From contig JACPUC010000029.1 of assembly GCA_016192455.1 (NCBI GenBank), forward strand, positions 186,001 to 239,974: a stretch of 53,974 nucleotides of DNA. Reading direction: 5' to 3'. Shown here piece after piece: positions 27,343 to 37,520 of the stretch; positions within the stretch are counted from its first letter, which is position 1, and each line of letters begins with the position of its first letter. Both the position numbers and the translations under genes were made by a program. The notes beneath the pieces are model-generated. The model worked only from the letters and a program-made list of their open reading frames with translations, had not been told where the DNA came from and did not search any database. This DNA is from Candidatus Tectimicrobiota bacterium (lineage in GTDB: Bacteria; JACPUC01).

Positions 27343-28173
27343 ATGACGAAGAGCTACAAGACAGTCCTCGTGGAAATCAAGGACGGCATCGGCAAGGTGA
27401 GCTTCAACCGGCCCGAGAAGAAGAACGCCATGAGCCCACAGCTCCACCGCGACAGGGCCGCGGCGCTGCAGGACCTGAAGTACAACGACGAGGCCCGCGT
27501 CGTTGTCCTCACCGGGGTGGGGGAGAGCTGGTCGGCGGGGATGGACCTGAAGGAGTACTTCTACGAGCTGCGCGACAAGCCGAAGGAGTGGGAGCAGGTC
27601 CGGCTGATCGCCAATAGCTGGATGACCGACGCCTTGCAGAACTACCCCAAACCAACCATCGCCGCCGTCAACGGCTGGGTCTTCGGCGGCGCCTTCGTGC
27701 CCCTCATCTCGTGCGATCTGGCGATCGCGCTTGCCGACGCGAAGTTCGGACTCTCCGAGATCAACTTCGGCCTCATCCCGGGTGGCACCGTGACGCGCAT
27801 GCTCATCGACATGCTGCGCCCGCGCGACGCCCTCTACTACATCCTCACGGGACGCTCCTTCGACGGCCGCAAGGCAACCGAGATCGGCCTGGTGAACTAC
27901 TGCGTCGACACCCTGGACGATCTGTGGGCCGAGATCAACGACCTCGGCAAGGAGCTCTGCGGCAAGCACCCCGTGGCCCTGCAGCTCGCCAAGGAGCTCT
28001 ACCGCAACAGCCGCCGTATGGACTACCAGCAAGCCTACGACTACTCCATCGCCAAGGTGGCGCAGCTCACCGAACTCGAAAAGGGTGAGTGGTACGACCA
28101 GGGGATCGTGCGCTTCAAGAAGGGCGAGTTCCGGCCCGGCATGGGGCACTACGACCGCGGCAAGAACGTGTAG
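27343..28173 (+). CDS. p-Hydroxycinnamoyl/feruloyl-CoA hydratase-lyase (crotonase family)
   Basis: NRPEKKNAMSP, WSAGMDLKEYF, VNGWVFGGAF, FGLSEINFG, ALYYILTG and C-terminal GEFRPG. Confidence 0.85.
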   Translation: MTKSYKTVLVEIKDGIGKVSFNRPEKKNAMSPQLHRDRAAALQDLKYNDEARVVVLTGVGESWSAGMDLKEYFYELRDKPKEWEQVRLIANSWMTDALQNYPKPTIAAVNGWVFGGAFVPLISCDLAIALADAKFGLSEINFGLIPGGTVTRMLIDMLRPRDALYYILTGRSFDGRKATEIGLVNYCVDTLDDLWAEINDLGKELCGKHPVALQLAKELYRNSRRMDYQQAYDYSIAKVAQLTELEKGEWYDQGIVRFKKGEFRPGMGHYDRGKNV

Positions 28174-28235
28174 CAAGGTGGGGGCGCCCGTTTCTCACCC
28201 GATGAGGCGGGGGAACTCCGGCGGCGGCAGGGGGG

Positions 28236-29932
28236 TTACCCGCGTTTCTGCTCTGCCAGCGACCCGGCGCGGCGCGCCCACGGCAGACCAGCTTCGAGGA
28301 AGGCCCGCCGCACGGCGACGGCGAGGCGTTTCCCCACCGTCTCCTCCTCATCGACGACGACCTGGGCGCCGGCCAGCGTGAACTCCTGCGTAAACTCATG
28401 GTAGCGCGCCCGCACCACCACCGGCACGTGCGGCGCCAGGCTCTTTGCCGCGTACAGCACCTGCAAGGCGCTGCGGTGGTCGGGCACCGTGCAGACCACG
28501 GCGTGCGCCGTCTCGACCTGGGCGTGGCGCAGCACCTCCACCTGGGCGGCATCGCCGAGCTGCGCCGGCAGGCCCTGTTGCCGCGCCAGCGCGACGTTGC
28601 GGGGTTGCAGGTCGATGATGAGGAGCGGCAGGCCCCAGGCGCTCAACACGTCAGCGAGCCGCTGCCCGGCCGGCCCGAAGCCGATCACCACCACGTGCCC
28701 CTCGAGGGAGGTACGCCGCCCGCCCTCGGCGTCGCGCGGCACCCCGGCGGACCGGGGGCGCAGCCGCCGCTCCACCCACCGTCCCACGCTCGGCGCCACC
28801 GCCACCTCATACGGCGTGAGGAAGAGCGTCACCACGGGACCGACACGAAGAGGAGGAAGGTGTCGTCGGCGATCACCCCTCTCTCCACCGCTTCCTCGGC
28901 CATGACGAAGGAGAATTCCCCTACCTGCGCTAGGCAGAGGCCCATAGCCATCGCATGCCGCAGCGGGTAACGGAGGAGCACGGCCACCCCCGCCGCCAGC
29001 AGCGCCTTGCCCACCACGATCGCCCCCGCCAGCCCCGCCACCAGCCGCCAGTGCTCCAGCAGCCAGCCGGGGTGCGCCACCATGCCGAGCGAGGCGAAGA
29101 AGAGGGTGGCGAAGAGGGTGCGCAGCGCCCCCACGTCGGCGCGAATTTGCAGCGCAAACGGCGACTCCGCCAGGAGAACGCCGGCGAAGAACGCTCCCAC
29201 CGCCGGTGACAGCCCCAGCCGGTGCGCCGCCCATGCCGAGCCGAGCGCCAGGATCGCCGCCAGCAGGATCAACAGCTCGCGATTGCGCGACAGCACCGTG
29301 GTGCCGAAGAGCCGCGGCAGGAGGTAGGTGCTCGTCAGGTAGAACGCCCCCGCCAGGCCCACGATGAGGAGGAGGGCGCGCCCGACGACCGCCGGCACGC
29401 CCGCGGCCGACGTGGCTCCCCCCAGGATGGAGATGAGGAGGACCAGCGGCACCACCGCCACATCCTGCAGCAGCAGGATGCCGAGCGCCCCCCGACCGTG
29501 GACGCTGTCAATTTCGGCCCGATCGAGGAGAACGCGCAGGACGCACGCCGTGCTGCTCAGGGAGACCATGGCGGCGACGGCGATGGTCGGGGTGGGGGCC
29601 ATGCCCACTGCCCAGCCTACGGCGGCGGCCGCCCCACCGGTAAGGAGGAGCTGCAACGTCCCGCCGCCCAGGCCGATGCGCCCCAGCCGCAGCAGGCGGC
29701 GCAGCGAAAACTCCAGGCCGATGGCGAAGAGGAGCAGGGCGACACCGAGCTCGGCCAGGCCGCGCACCACCTCCTCGCCATGCACGAGGTTCAGCGCCCG
29801 CGGCCCCAGGAGCATCCCCGCCAGCAGGTAGCCGAGGATGGCGTTCTGCCGCAGGCGCTCGAAGACTACCCCGAGGAGGAGCGCCGCGGCGAGCACGACG
29901 AGGTAATCGGTGAGGTAGGTCCAGATGCTCAT
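28236..29932 (-). pseudogene. CPA2/KefB-type cation:proton antiporter with TrkA-N domain, frameshifted
   Basis: LAELGVALLLFAIGLEFS and GILLLQD lie in one frame (to 28829); VVTLFLTP...HVVVIGFGPAG...GDA lies in another. One base appears to be missing near 28838. Confidence 0.8.
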
Positions 29933-30073
29933 GGCCTGGAAAGCAGGTGGCGCAACGGGCCGCTTTGTGGTGTGCGGACGCCGCGAGGACGGCGATCCCG
30001 GCATGGCTGACGGGGCGGCCGCGCCCTCCACTCGGACCGGGAGCCATCCTGTCGGCGCCTCCCCGCCCGCGTC

Positions 30074-31690
30074 TCAACGCAGCTTCAGACCCAGGAGCCG
30101 GCAGCCCTCCTGGCGCAGCTCCTGCTTGCGCACCTTGCCTGAAGCCGTGAGGGGGAACTGATCGGTGAAGTGGACGTAGCGCGGAATCTTGTAGCCGGCG
30201 ATGCGGCCCTTGCAATACGCCTTCAGGCTCTCAGCCGTAAGGTCGGCGCCGGGACGCAGCTCCACGAACGCCATGCCGACTTCGCCGTAGAGATCGTCCG
30301 GCACGCCCACCAGCCATACCTGCTCGATGTCGGGGTGGCGGTGCAGGAAGTTCTCCACCTCCGCCGGGTAGACGTTGCTGCCGCCCCGGATGTACATCTC
30401 CTTCAGGCGGCCGGTCATGCGCAGGTGGCTATCCGGCTCCTGCGCGAAGAGGTCGCCGGTGCGCAGCCAGCCGTCCGGCGTGATGGCGCGCGCTGTCTCC
30501 TCGGGAAGGTTGTAGTAGCCGCGCGTGACATTGAGGCCGCGCAGCCAGAGCTCCCCGGAGACGCCGGGCGGCACGTCCTCGCCGGTCTGCGGCTCCACGA
30601 TGCGCCCCTCGAGGTAGTCGTGCAGCACCCCCAGGGTGGTGGCGAGCTGTTCGGGGGTATCCCCCGGAAGGGCCGCCGACGCCCCCATCGTCTCCGACAT
30701 GCCGAAGCCGGTGGAGACCCGCGCGCCGGGGAACTGCCGCATGATCTCCTCGATCAGAGCCGGGGTGGCGGGGGCGCCGCCGAAGTACACCACCCGCAGT
30801 GTCGAGCGGTCGCGCCGCGCGAACTCGGGGCGCGCCATCATCATCTGGTACATCGTCGGGGTGCCGGAGACCATGGTGACGCCCTCCCGCTCGATGATCT
30901 CCAGGGCGCGCTGCGCATTGAACGTCGCCAGCACCACGGTGGCGGCGCCGGCGTGCAGGGGCCCGTTCACCCCGTACGAGAAGCCCATGATGTGGAAGTA
31001 GGGACCGAGGACGAGGATGCGATCAGTGGGAGCGAGAGTGCGGGAGAGCCTCAGGGCGCTGAGCAGCACCTGCCCCTGATCGTGCATCGCCCCCTTCGCC
31101 ACGCCGGTGGTGCCGGAGGTGTAGATGATGAGGGCGAGGTCATCCGGCGTCACGGCGGCGCGCCGCGCCTCGAGGTGCGAGGCGCTGACGCCCTGCCCGG
31201 ACCCCTCGAAGGCCGCCAGCGTCATCCCCCCCGGGAACGGCTCGTGACCCAGGCTGACGACCTGCCGCAGCTTCGGCAGCGCCGCGTCGCCAACGCGGCT
31301 GATGATCTCGCCGAGCATGGCGTGGTAGTTGATGCCGACGAACTCCGGCATGGTGAAGAAGAGGACGCTGTCGGACTGCCGCAGGCAGTACGCCAGCTCC
31401 TCCACCTTGTAGCGCGTGTTCACCGGCACGAGCACGGCGCCGACCTGCATGACGGCAAGCTGCACGGCCAGCCACTCCGGGCAGTTCCGCAGCAGGGCCG
31501 CCACGTGCTCGCCGCGCCGCACCCCATGCGCCAGGAGGGCGCGCGCCAGGGACGTGCTGCGCTCGGAGAGATGGCGGTAGGTCCAGCGGTCTTCTCCATC
31601 AATCGCCGCGGGCGCCTCGGGGTCGCGCTGCACGACCTCGCAGAAATGCGGCCACACCGTTTGGGTCGGCCGGGTCATCACCGTGCTCAT
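30074..31690 (-). CDS. Acyl-CoA synthetase (AMP-binding ANL superfamily)
   Basis: IIYTSGTTGVAKG, GFGMSE, GWLRTGD, GRLKEM and FPLTASGKV. Confidence 0.93.
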   Translation of the reverse strand: MSTVMTRPTQTVWPHFCEVVQRDPEAPAAIDGEDRWTYRHLSERSTSLARALLAHGVRRGEHVAALLRNCPEWLAVQLAVMQVGAVLVPVNTRYKVEELAYCLRQSDSVLFFTMPEFVGINYHAMLGEIISRVGDAALPKLRQVVSLGHEPFPGGMTLAAFEGSGQGVSASHLEARRAAVTPDDLALIIYTSGTTGVAKGAMHDQGQVLLSALRLSRTLAPTDRILVLGPYFHIMGFSYGVNGPLHAGAATVVLATFNAQRALEIIEREGVTMVSGTPTMYQMMMARPEFARRDRSTLRVVYFGGAPATPALIEEIMRQFPGARVSTGFGMSETMGASAALPGDTPEQLATTLGVLHDYLEGRIVEPQTGEDVPPGVSGELWLRGLNVTRGYYNLPEETARAITPDGWLRTGDLFAQEPDSHLRMTGRLKEMYIRGGSNVYPAEVENFLHRHPDIEQVWLVGVPDDLYGEVGMAFVELRPGADLTAESLKAYCKGRIAGYKIPRYVHFTDQFPLTASGKVRKQELRQEGCRLLGLKLR

Positions 31691-31916
31691 CCGTACTCCA
31701 AGCGAAACGGCGGCGGGCAGGCGCGCGCTGGGCACGCCGGGCACTGCCGGCGCCGCCAGCCTTGACGGCGCGTCGTCGAGGGATTCCCGGAGACCGCCGG
31801 CAGAAGGCGATCCCTCCTGGGCTGGAGCGGCCCCGCCGGCTATCATAGCGCGTCGGCGGGGCGGCGCAAGGTCTGCCACGCGAATGGCGCAGAGCAGCGG
31901 CAACTCTCCACGAAGG

Positions 31917-31956
31917 AAGCAAAAAGAGCAGGCGGGGCCGCCTGCTCTTTTTGCTT
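31917..31956. terminator. Intrinsic, likely bidirectional, terminator
   Basis: AAGCAAAAAGAGCAGGCGG-GG-CCGCCTGCTCTTTTTGCTT inverted repeat with A/U tracts, downstream of the 32044-32382 gene. Confidence 0.75.
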
Positions 31957-32043
31957 GCGTGGGGCTGGCTCGGCTCCCACCTCCCTCCGTAGGCTCAGCC
32001 GAAGCTGTGTCTGGCCTTGAGCGCCGCACTCCTCGCTGGACGC

Positions 32044-32382
32044 CTAGAAGTTCGCCGGCATTAAGAAGATCGCCTGCTCCTGGCGCAGGAGGTAGGAGTC
32101 GAGGCTGCTCTGCTCTGGGCTCGAAACCTGGGCCGCGGCCCTGCTGCCGTCACTCATCACCTTGTCGGCGCCGGGCTGCTTGGCAGAGGTCTCGGCAACA
32201 CGCACCGCCGAGCCGCGCATCGTGGCTGCCGCGGTGAGCTCGGCAGCCTCCAGCTTGAGCTGCTCCACGAACAGGATATCAGCGCTGGAGAAGTAATCAT
32301 CGGCGCGGGCGATGGTCCCGAACCCCACCATAAAGAGCAGCGCCGCCGCCATTGCCACACCCTTGAACATCTCCTTTCGCAT
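32044..32382 (-). CDS. Hypothetical secreted protein
   Basis: AAGGAGAG RBS, Sec-type signal peptide ending ARA-DD, followed by a terminator. Confidence 0.6.
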   Translation of the reverse strand: MRKEMFKGVAMAAALLFMVGFGTIARADDYFSSADILFVEQLKLEAAELTAAATMRGSAVRVAETSAKQPGADKVMSDGSRAAAQVSSPEQSSLDSYLLRQEQAIFLMPANF

Positions 32383-33241
32383 GGTCTCTCCTTCGGCTCG
32401 CGCGGAACGATCTTCGTCCGCAGGGAGCTCGCTAGGTACTTCGGGTTATCCTTAAAAGCTTCCGATGCTTTCCTGGGCTGAGAAGTTGGCCAACTCTCGT
32501 ACGCTCACTGTTGCCTCTGTAACATCGATCCCCGTGCAGATATTCCTCCGGGTCATGAAAAATTTGTTCACTGGTCTGCCGCGCTCCTCCTCATGGCCGC
32601 GCCGGTGCTCAGAAGAGTCGCGCACCAATGGAGGTGCGGCGCCAGCGGCGAGGAAGCTGCTCGGCTTTGCCGGCCTGAACGCCTGGCGAAGGGCCAGAAA
32701 GGCGCGCCAGGGCGACCATCCGCCCGGCGGCGCTCCGCCGCGAAGAAGGGAAAGAGCTTGCAGTGAATCCTTGCGATGCGGAAAGGAGGTTCTGACGGCA
32801 GGAAAATTTGCAACGCGGAGGTACCTTGCTGCAAAACTGAAAGTGAGAAATTCTTGACTTTACACGCGAGGTTCCACGGTAGTCAGAAGGGAGAGCATTG
32901 CGGAAACGGCGAGCTGCTCGTCTGATAAAAACGATGCAGGGCGTCGAAGTAGTGAGATGCTGTTAAACTTGCACCGAGGCAAGAAGTCGCAGTATTCCCC
33001 TGGGCAGGATCTTTTTTCTCCCCTTTTTGCCCTCGAGGACGCTCTCGAGAAGCTGGGTTCAACGGCGAGAACATGGTACGATGGCGGCAAGCGGCCCGCT
33101 GCGCCGCGCCAGGCGTCGGCGCGGCAGACCCGCCGCGACGCTGCTCGTGTCGGGACCTTGCGGGGCATGGCTGGCTTGGCGCCCGGGCCGCGGCGCGCTG
33201 GTCGGGAAGGCGCCCCGCCGCGGCATGACGAAAGGCCCCTC

Positions 33242-35065
33242 ATGTCGGGGATCATGGGCTACGTCGGGCATCGCGCAGCGCTGCCGGTCCTCCTCGAAGG
33301 CCTGAAGCGCCTCGAGTACCGCGGCTACGACTCGGTCGGCGTCGGCGTCATCGAGGCCGGCGCGCTGCACATCCAGAAGACGATCGGCACGGTGCAGCGG
33401 CTCGAGCGCCAGCTTCGCGGCCTCGACCTGCGCAGCACCGTCGGCATCGGCCACACGCGCTGGGCCACCCACGGCCAACCGACGCTCGAGAATGCTCACC
33501 CGCATGCCTCGGGCCGCATCGCCATCGTCCACAACGGCATCATCGCCAACTACCTGGAGCTGCGGCAGGAGCTCATCGCCGAGGGGGTGCGCTTCGCCTC
33601 GGATACCGACTCCGAGGTCATCGCCGCGCTCATCGACCGCGCCTACCGCGGCGACCTTGCGGCGGCCGTACTGGCCGCCCTGCCGCGCCTCTCGGGGACC
33701 TACGCCCTGGGGGTCATCTGCCGCGATGAACCGAACGTCCTCCTCTGCGCCCGGCAGGCGGTGCCCCTCGTCGTCGGCCTGGGAGTGCGCGAGGCGTTCC
33801 TCGCCTCCGACGTCACGCCCTTCGCGCCCTATACCCAGAACTGCTTCTTCCTCGATGACGGCGAGGTGGGCATCCTGAGCGGCGGCGGCGTGCAGATTCT
33901 TGACCTGCGGGGGCAGGTCGTGCCGAAGGAGATCGAGCACATCACCTGGAACCCCGTCCTGGCGGAGAAAGGGGGGTACCGCTTCTACATGCTGAAGGAG
34001 ATTTTCGAGACCCCCCAGGCCGTGCGCGAGACGCTGCGCGGCCGCCTCCTTCCCGGCGCGCCCTTCGTGCACTGGGCCGAGCGCGGCCCGGAGGCAGACC
34101 TGCTGCGGACCTGCCGGAAGGTCATCCTCCTGGGCTGCGGCAGCTCCTACCATGCCGCCCTCATCGGCAAGCTCTACCTCGAGGAGATCGCCGGGCTGGC
34201 GACGGAGGTGGAGCTCGGCTCCGAGTTCCGCTACCGCACCCCGCTGGTGGATCGCCGCACCATCGTCATCGGCATCAGCCAGTCGGGGGAGACCGCCGAT
34301 ACCCTCGCCGGCATGCGCGCGGCGCGGGCCAGCGGCGCCACCATCTACGCGCTGACGAACGCGCCCCTCAGCACCGCCGCCCGCGAGGCCGACGGCGTGC
34401 TGCGCCTGCACGCCGGGCCGGAGATCAGCGTCGCCTCGACGAAGACCTTCGTAGCCGAGCTGGCGGTGCTCTGCATGCTCGCCCTGCACGCCGCGCACCT
34501 GCGCCGGCGGCAGCCCGAGGCGCACCTGCGGGAGCTCGCCGCCGCCCTCGGCACGGCCCCCGCGGCCATCGAGGCGGCGCTCGCCGTTGAAGAGGAGGTG
34601 GAGGCGCTGGCGCGCCGCTACAGCCGCTTCGACCACTACATCGTGCTAGGACGCGGCGTCCACTACCCGGTGGCGCTCGAAGCCGCCCTGAAGATCAAGG
34701 AGCTCTCTTACGTGCACGCCGAAGGGTGCGCCGCCGGCGAGGTGAAGCAAGGGCTCATCGCCCTCGTCGATGAGCGCGTGCCGGTCCTCGTGCTGGCGCC
34801 CCAGGGGCGCGTCTACGAGAAGACCCTCGACAACCTCGAGGAGGTGAAGGCGCGCGGCGCCCGCATCGTCGCCATCGGCACCCAGGGCGACGTGGAGCTG
34901 CGCGCCCGCGCTCATGATCTCCTCGAACTGCCGAGGCTGCCGGAATTGCTGAGTCCGCTCTGCAGCTCCCCCCTCGTGCACCTCTTCGCCTACCACCTGG
35001 CGCTGCGCCGCCGCCGCGACGTCGATCACCCCCGCAACCTCGCCAAGAGCGTCACGGTGGAGTGA
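33242..35065 (+). CDS. glmS: GlmS paralogue with the catalytic Cys1 replaced by Ser
   Basis: MSGIMG...LEYRGYDS, GHTRWATHG, HNGII, SQSGETADT, VASTK and PRNLAKSVTVE. Confidence 0.9.
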   Translation: MSGIMGYVGHRAALPVLLEGLKRLEYRGYDSVGVGVIEAGALHIQKTIGTVQRLERQLRGLDLRSTVGIGHTRWATHGQPTLENAHPHASGRIAIVHNGIIANYLELRQELIAEGVRFASDTDSEVIAALIDRAYRGDLAAAVLAALPRLSGTYALGVICRDEPNVLLCARQAVPLVVGLGVREAFLASDVTPFAPYTQNCFFLDDGEVGILSGGGVQILDLRGQVVPKEIEHITWNPVLAEKGGYRFYMLKEIFETPQAVRETLRGRLLPGAPFVHWAERGPEADLLRTCRKVILLGCGSSYHAALIGKLYLEEIAGLATEVELGSEFRYRTPLVDRRTIVIGISQSGETADTLAGMRAARASGATIYALTNAPLSTAAREADGVLRLHAGPEISVASTKTFVAELAVLCMLALHAAHLRRRQPEAHLRELAAALGTAPAAIEAALAVEEEVEALARRYSRFDHYIVLGRGVHYPVALEAALKIKELSYVHAEGCAAGEVKQGLIALVDERVPVLVLAPQGRVYEKTLDNLEEVKARGARIVAIGTQGDVELRARAHDLLELPRLPELLSPLCSSPLVHLFAYHLALRRRRDVDHPRNLAKSVTVE

Positions 35066-35786
35066 GGCCAGAGGACGCGCGCGCGCTCCTCCATGGAAGG
35101 TGAAGCGGCCGCACATCTCCTCAACCGCTGTGGTTGTGATTGCGCCGCGCTTCGGTATCACAACGCGTGAGAGCATATGAGAAAGCCCGGCAATGAGTGA
35201 TCTGGAATTTGAAAAGAGCAGCGGCAATGTTTTTGCCGACATTGGGTTGGATCATGCAGACGATCGTGCCGCCAAGGCAAAACTCGCCTCTTGCATCAAC
35301 CGCATCATCACGAGCAAGCGGCTCAGCCAGAGCGAGGCGGCTCGCCTGCTTGGGATCGACCAGCCCAAGGTGTCCGCCTTGAAACGAGGCCGGTTATCCG
35401 GGTTCTCCCTGGAGCGCCTGTGCAAGTTCCTCGTGAAGCTGGGACACGATGTAGAAATTAGAGTGCAGCCGAAGCCTGAAGGAAAGGCGGCGTCGACCCT
35501 CGAGGCGACTGTCTTTGAAGACCATCCCTGAATCTAAAGTGAGCGATATGCCCCAAGTTTGCACTTCACCCTTTGGCTTACGCGTAGCGACCCGAGGCGG
35601 TGGTGCAACTTCGACAGTTGCAACATGTTGACTCAGAGGGTTGTTTTCTCGAGGCGGAAATCGGTCAGCTAAATGCCCTGAGCTTGCTCCCGGAAGCACC
35701 CAGAATCGCTCCTGCATCGCGTCGTATTCTTCCTCTGGAGCAGGCATCCTTTCTCTTTGCCAAGAGCGTTACGGTGGAGTGAGGCC
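35042..35786. mobile_element. Small integrated-element remnant flanked by a duplicated glmS 3' end
   Basis: GCCAAGAGCGT(C/T)ACGGTGGAGTGAGGCC at 35042-35069 and 35759-35786 (28 bp, 1 mismatch). The interior is lower in GC. Confidence 0.65.
35193..35531 (+). CDS. XRE-family HTH protein (HigA-like antitoxin)
   Basis: SSGNVFADIGL, SQSEAARLLGIDQPKVSAL, GRLSGFSLERL, LGHDVEI. Confidence 0.88.
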   Translation: MSDLEFEKSSGNVFADIGLDHADDRAAKAKLASCINRIITSKRLSQSEAARLLGIDQPKVSALKRGRLSGFSLERLCKFLVKLGHDVEIRVQPKPEGKAASTLEATVFEDHP

Positions 35787-35931
35787 GGAGCGCCGGGCAC
35801 TTCCCAGCAAAGCAAGCGGGGGGATCAAACGACCGCCCACACCCCCCGTCCCCGCGAGCTGCGCGAGGGGGCGAGGTCCCCTCGCACATCTCCACGATGG
35901 AACATGGTGGGACGTTGGAGGGACCGCACGC

Positions 35932-37170
35932 CTAGAACTTGTAGGTCAGCTCGACGGCGACGCTGTCGCGGTTGTCGCGGGCGCGCAGGCCGCCGCGCTC
36001 GAGGTAGGTGTCGCGCGACGACCAGTCGTGGCGGTACTCGAGGAGGCCGCCGAGGTTGTCGGTGATCTTGAAGGTGGGGGCGAAGGTGAAGCTCTTCAGT
36101 TCCTGCCCGCCGGCGTCGCTGAGGAGTGGCGCGCCGAACGCCGCCACGCGGGCGCCGTCCTCGTCGTTGAAGTAGTCGAAGCGCCAGGTGAAGCCGAGCC
36201 AAGAGAGGAGGTCGTAGTGCACGGTGATGAGGACGCCGAACCAGTCGGCGTCCGCGGTCCGGCCCGCCGCCAGCACGAACGGCTCGTCCTCCTCGCGGCC
36301 GTAATTGAACTCGCCGCCGACGAGGAGCTTCTCGGTCGGCTTGATGGTGTAGTCGAGGTCGAGGACGACGCGGTTGTTCCTCGTGTCATCATCCTGCTCC
36401 GCACCCGTGATGGCCGAGAGGCCCACGTTCAGCCACTTGCGCGGCGTGAAGCCGAAGCGCCCGCCGACGGTCTTGGTGTCGTTGTTGTCGTGATTGGTAT
36501 CCCAGCCGTTAACGAGGTAAACCTGCCAGTCGAACCATCCGACCGGCTGCTGCAACAGCCGCACGCCGGTCGCGAGGCTGGGAATGCCGAGATTGAAGAC
36601 GTTGGAGTGCGAGAACTGGTACAGATCGGGTGCGTCGAGCAGCTCCCAGCCGATGGGAACATTGAACTTGCCGAAATCGGCCATGACGCCCCGCCCCAGC
36701 TTCACCGACATGATGGCTTGCTCGACATCCACGCTGAAGCCGCCGGCGGCGTCGCGGTTGTAGTCGAGATCAACCCGGAAGCCGGCCCGATTCCCCACGG
36801 GTTTGATGATGTCGAGCTCAACGCTGTCAATCTGAAAGCTGCTGCGCGCGTTGCCGTCGCCCACGTCCTCGCGGTTCGAGGCGGTGAAGCTGCCATCCAC
36901 GAAACCGTGCAGCTCGATGCCCGGCGAGGTCTTCAGGGGAGCCAGGGCCTCCTTCTCGGGCTCCGCCTTGGCGGGCGGCGCGGGTTGGGGGAGCTGGGCT
37001 TGCAGCCGTTGAATCTCTGCCGCCTGCTGCTGGATGGTTGCCTGCATCTGCTGCAGCGTCGCCTCGAGCTGCTTGAGCCGCGCCGCCACGTCATGGTTAT
37101 CGGCGAACGACAAGCCGGGGGCACCCGCAAGCGCAACGAGCGCAAACAGGATGACGTAACACCAGCGCAT
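35932..37170 (-). CDS. Outer-membrane beta-barrel porin (OmpL-like/BBP2 type) with N-terminal coiled coil
   Basis: Signal peptide, coiled coil, GKFNVPIGWE..D...Y.FSHS..F, NGWD, LEYRHD and C-terminal YKF. Alternative start at 37209. Confidence 0.82.
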   Translation of the reverse strand: MRWCYVILFALVALAGAPGLSFADNHDVAARLKQLEATLQQMQATIQQQAAEIQRLQAQLPQPAPPAKAEPEKEALAPLKTSPGIELHGFVDGSFTASNREDVGDGNARSSFQIDSVELDIIKPVGNRAGFRVDLDYNRDAAGGFSVDVEQAIMSVKLGRGVMADFGKFNVPIGWELLDAPDLYQFSHSNVFNLGIPSLATGVRLLQQPVGWFDWQVYLVNGWDTNHDNNDTKTVGGRFGFTPRKWLNVGLSAITGAEQDDDTRNNRVVLDLDYTIKPTEKLLVGGEFNYGREEDEPFVLAAGRTADADWFGVLITVHYDLLSWLGFTWRFDYFNDEDGARVAAFGAPLLSDAGGQELKSFTFAPTFKITDNLGGLLEYRHDWSSRDTYLERGGLRARDNRDSVAVELTYKF

Positions 37171-37336
37171 CGTGACGCTGCGGTCTGGGAGGTAGGGGGA
37201 AGCGTTCATGGGGCCTCTTTTCCGAGATGATGCCAGGACGCGCGCTCCACACTCCGAGGGTCATCGGCGCCAGAGCGGTCTCCACCCCCGCAGGAGGAAT
37301 CCGCCGCGCAGTCCGGGTAATATCCCCAACGCCTCA

Positions 37337-37520
37337 GGCAACGAGCGTGCCGGCCAGGACGAGCTGCCCGGCCAATCCCTCGTGGTTTGGTTAACCTCTG
37401 TGTTTTCAATATATTAGGTAGTGTTCTTGCGAATCGACGGGGCACGGGCGAGCGAGCTTGAGATGCCCGTCAGCATCCTTGCAGTGCACTACGGAGAATC
37501 TAGTGCACAGTTCTTGTGCA
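37337..37520 (-). promoter_or_regulatory. sigma54 promoter with IHF site and NtrC-like enhancer for the porin
   Basis: Minus-strand CCGGCACGCTCGTTGCC (37337-37353); TTTCAATATATTA IHF-like site (37404-37416); TGCAC-N7-GTGCA (37504-37520). Confidence 0.65.

Noticed and set aside
28829-28831. TGA in the antiporter as a second Sec codon
   Set aside because: Homology continues in a different frame, so this is a frameshift, and no Cys is expected there.
33060-33241. glmS ribozyme
   Set aside because: The conserved core is not recognisable; only generic GC-rich hairpins are present.
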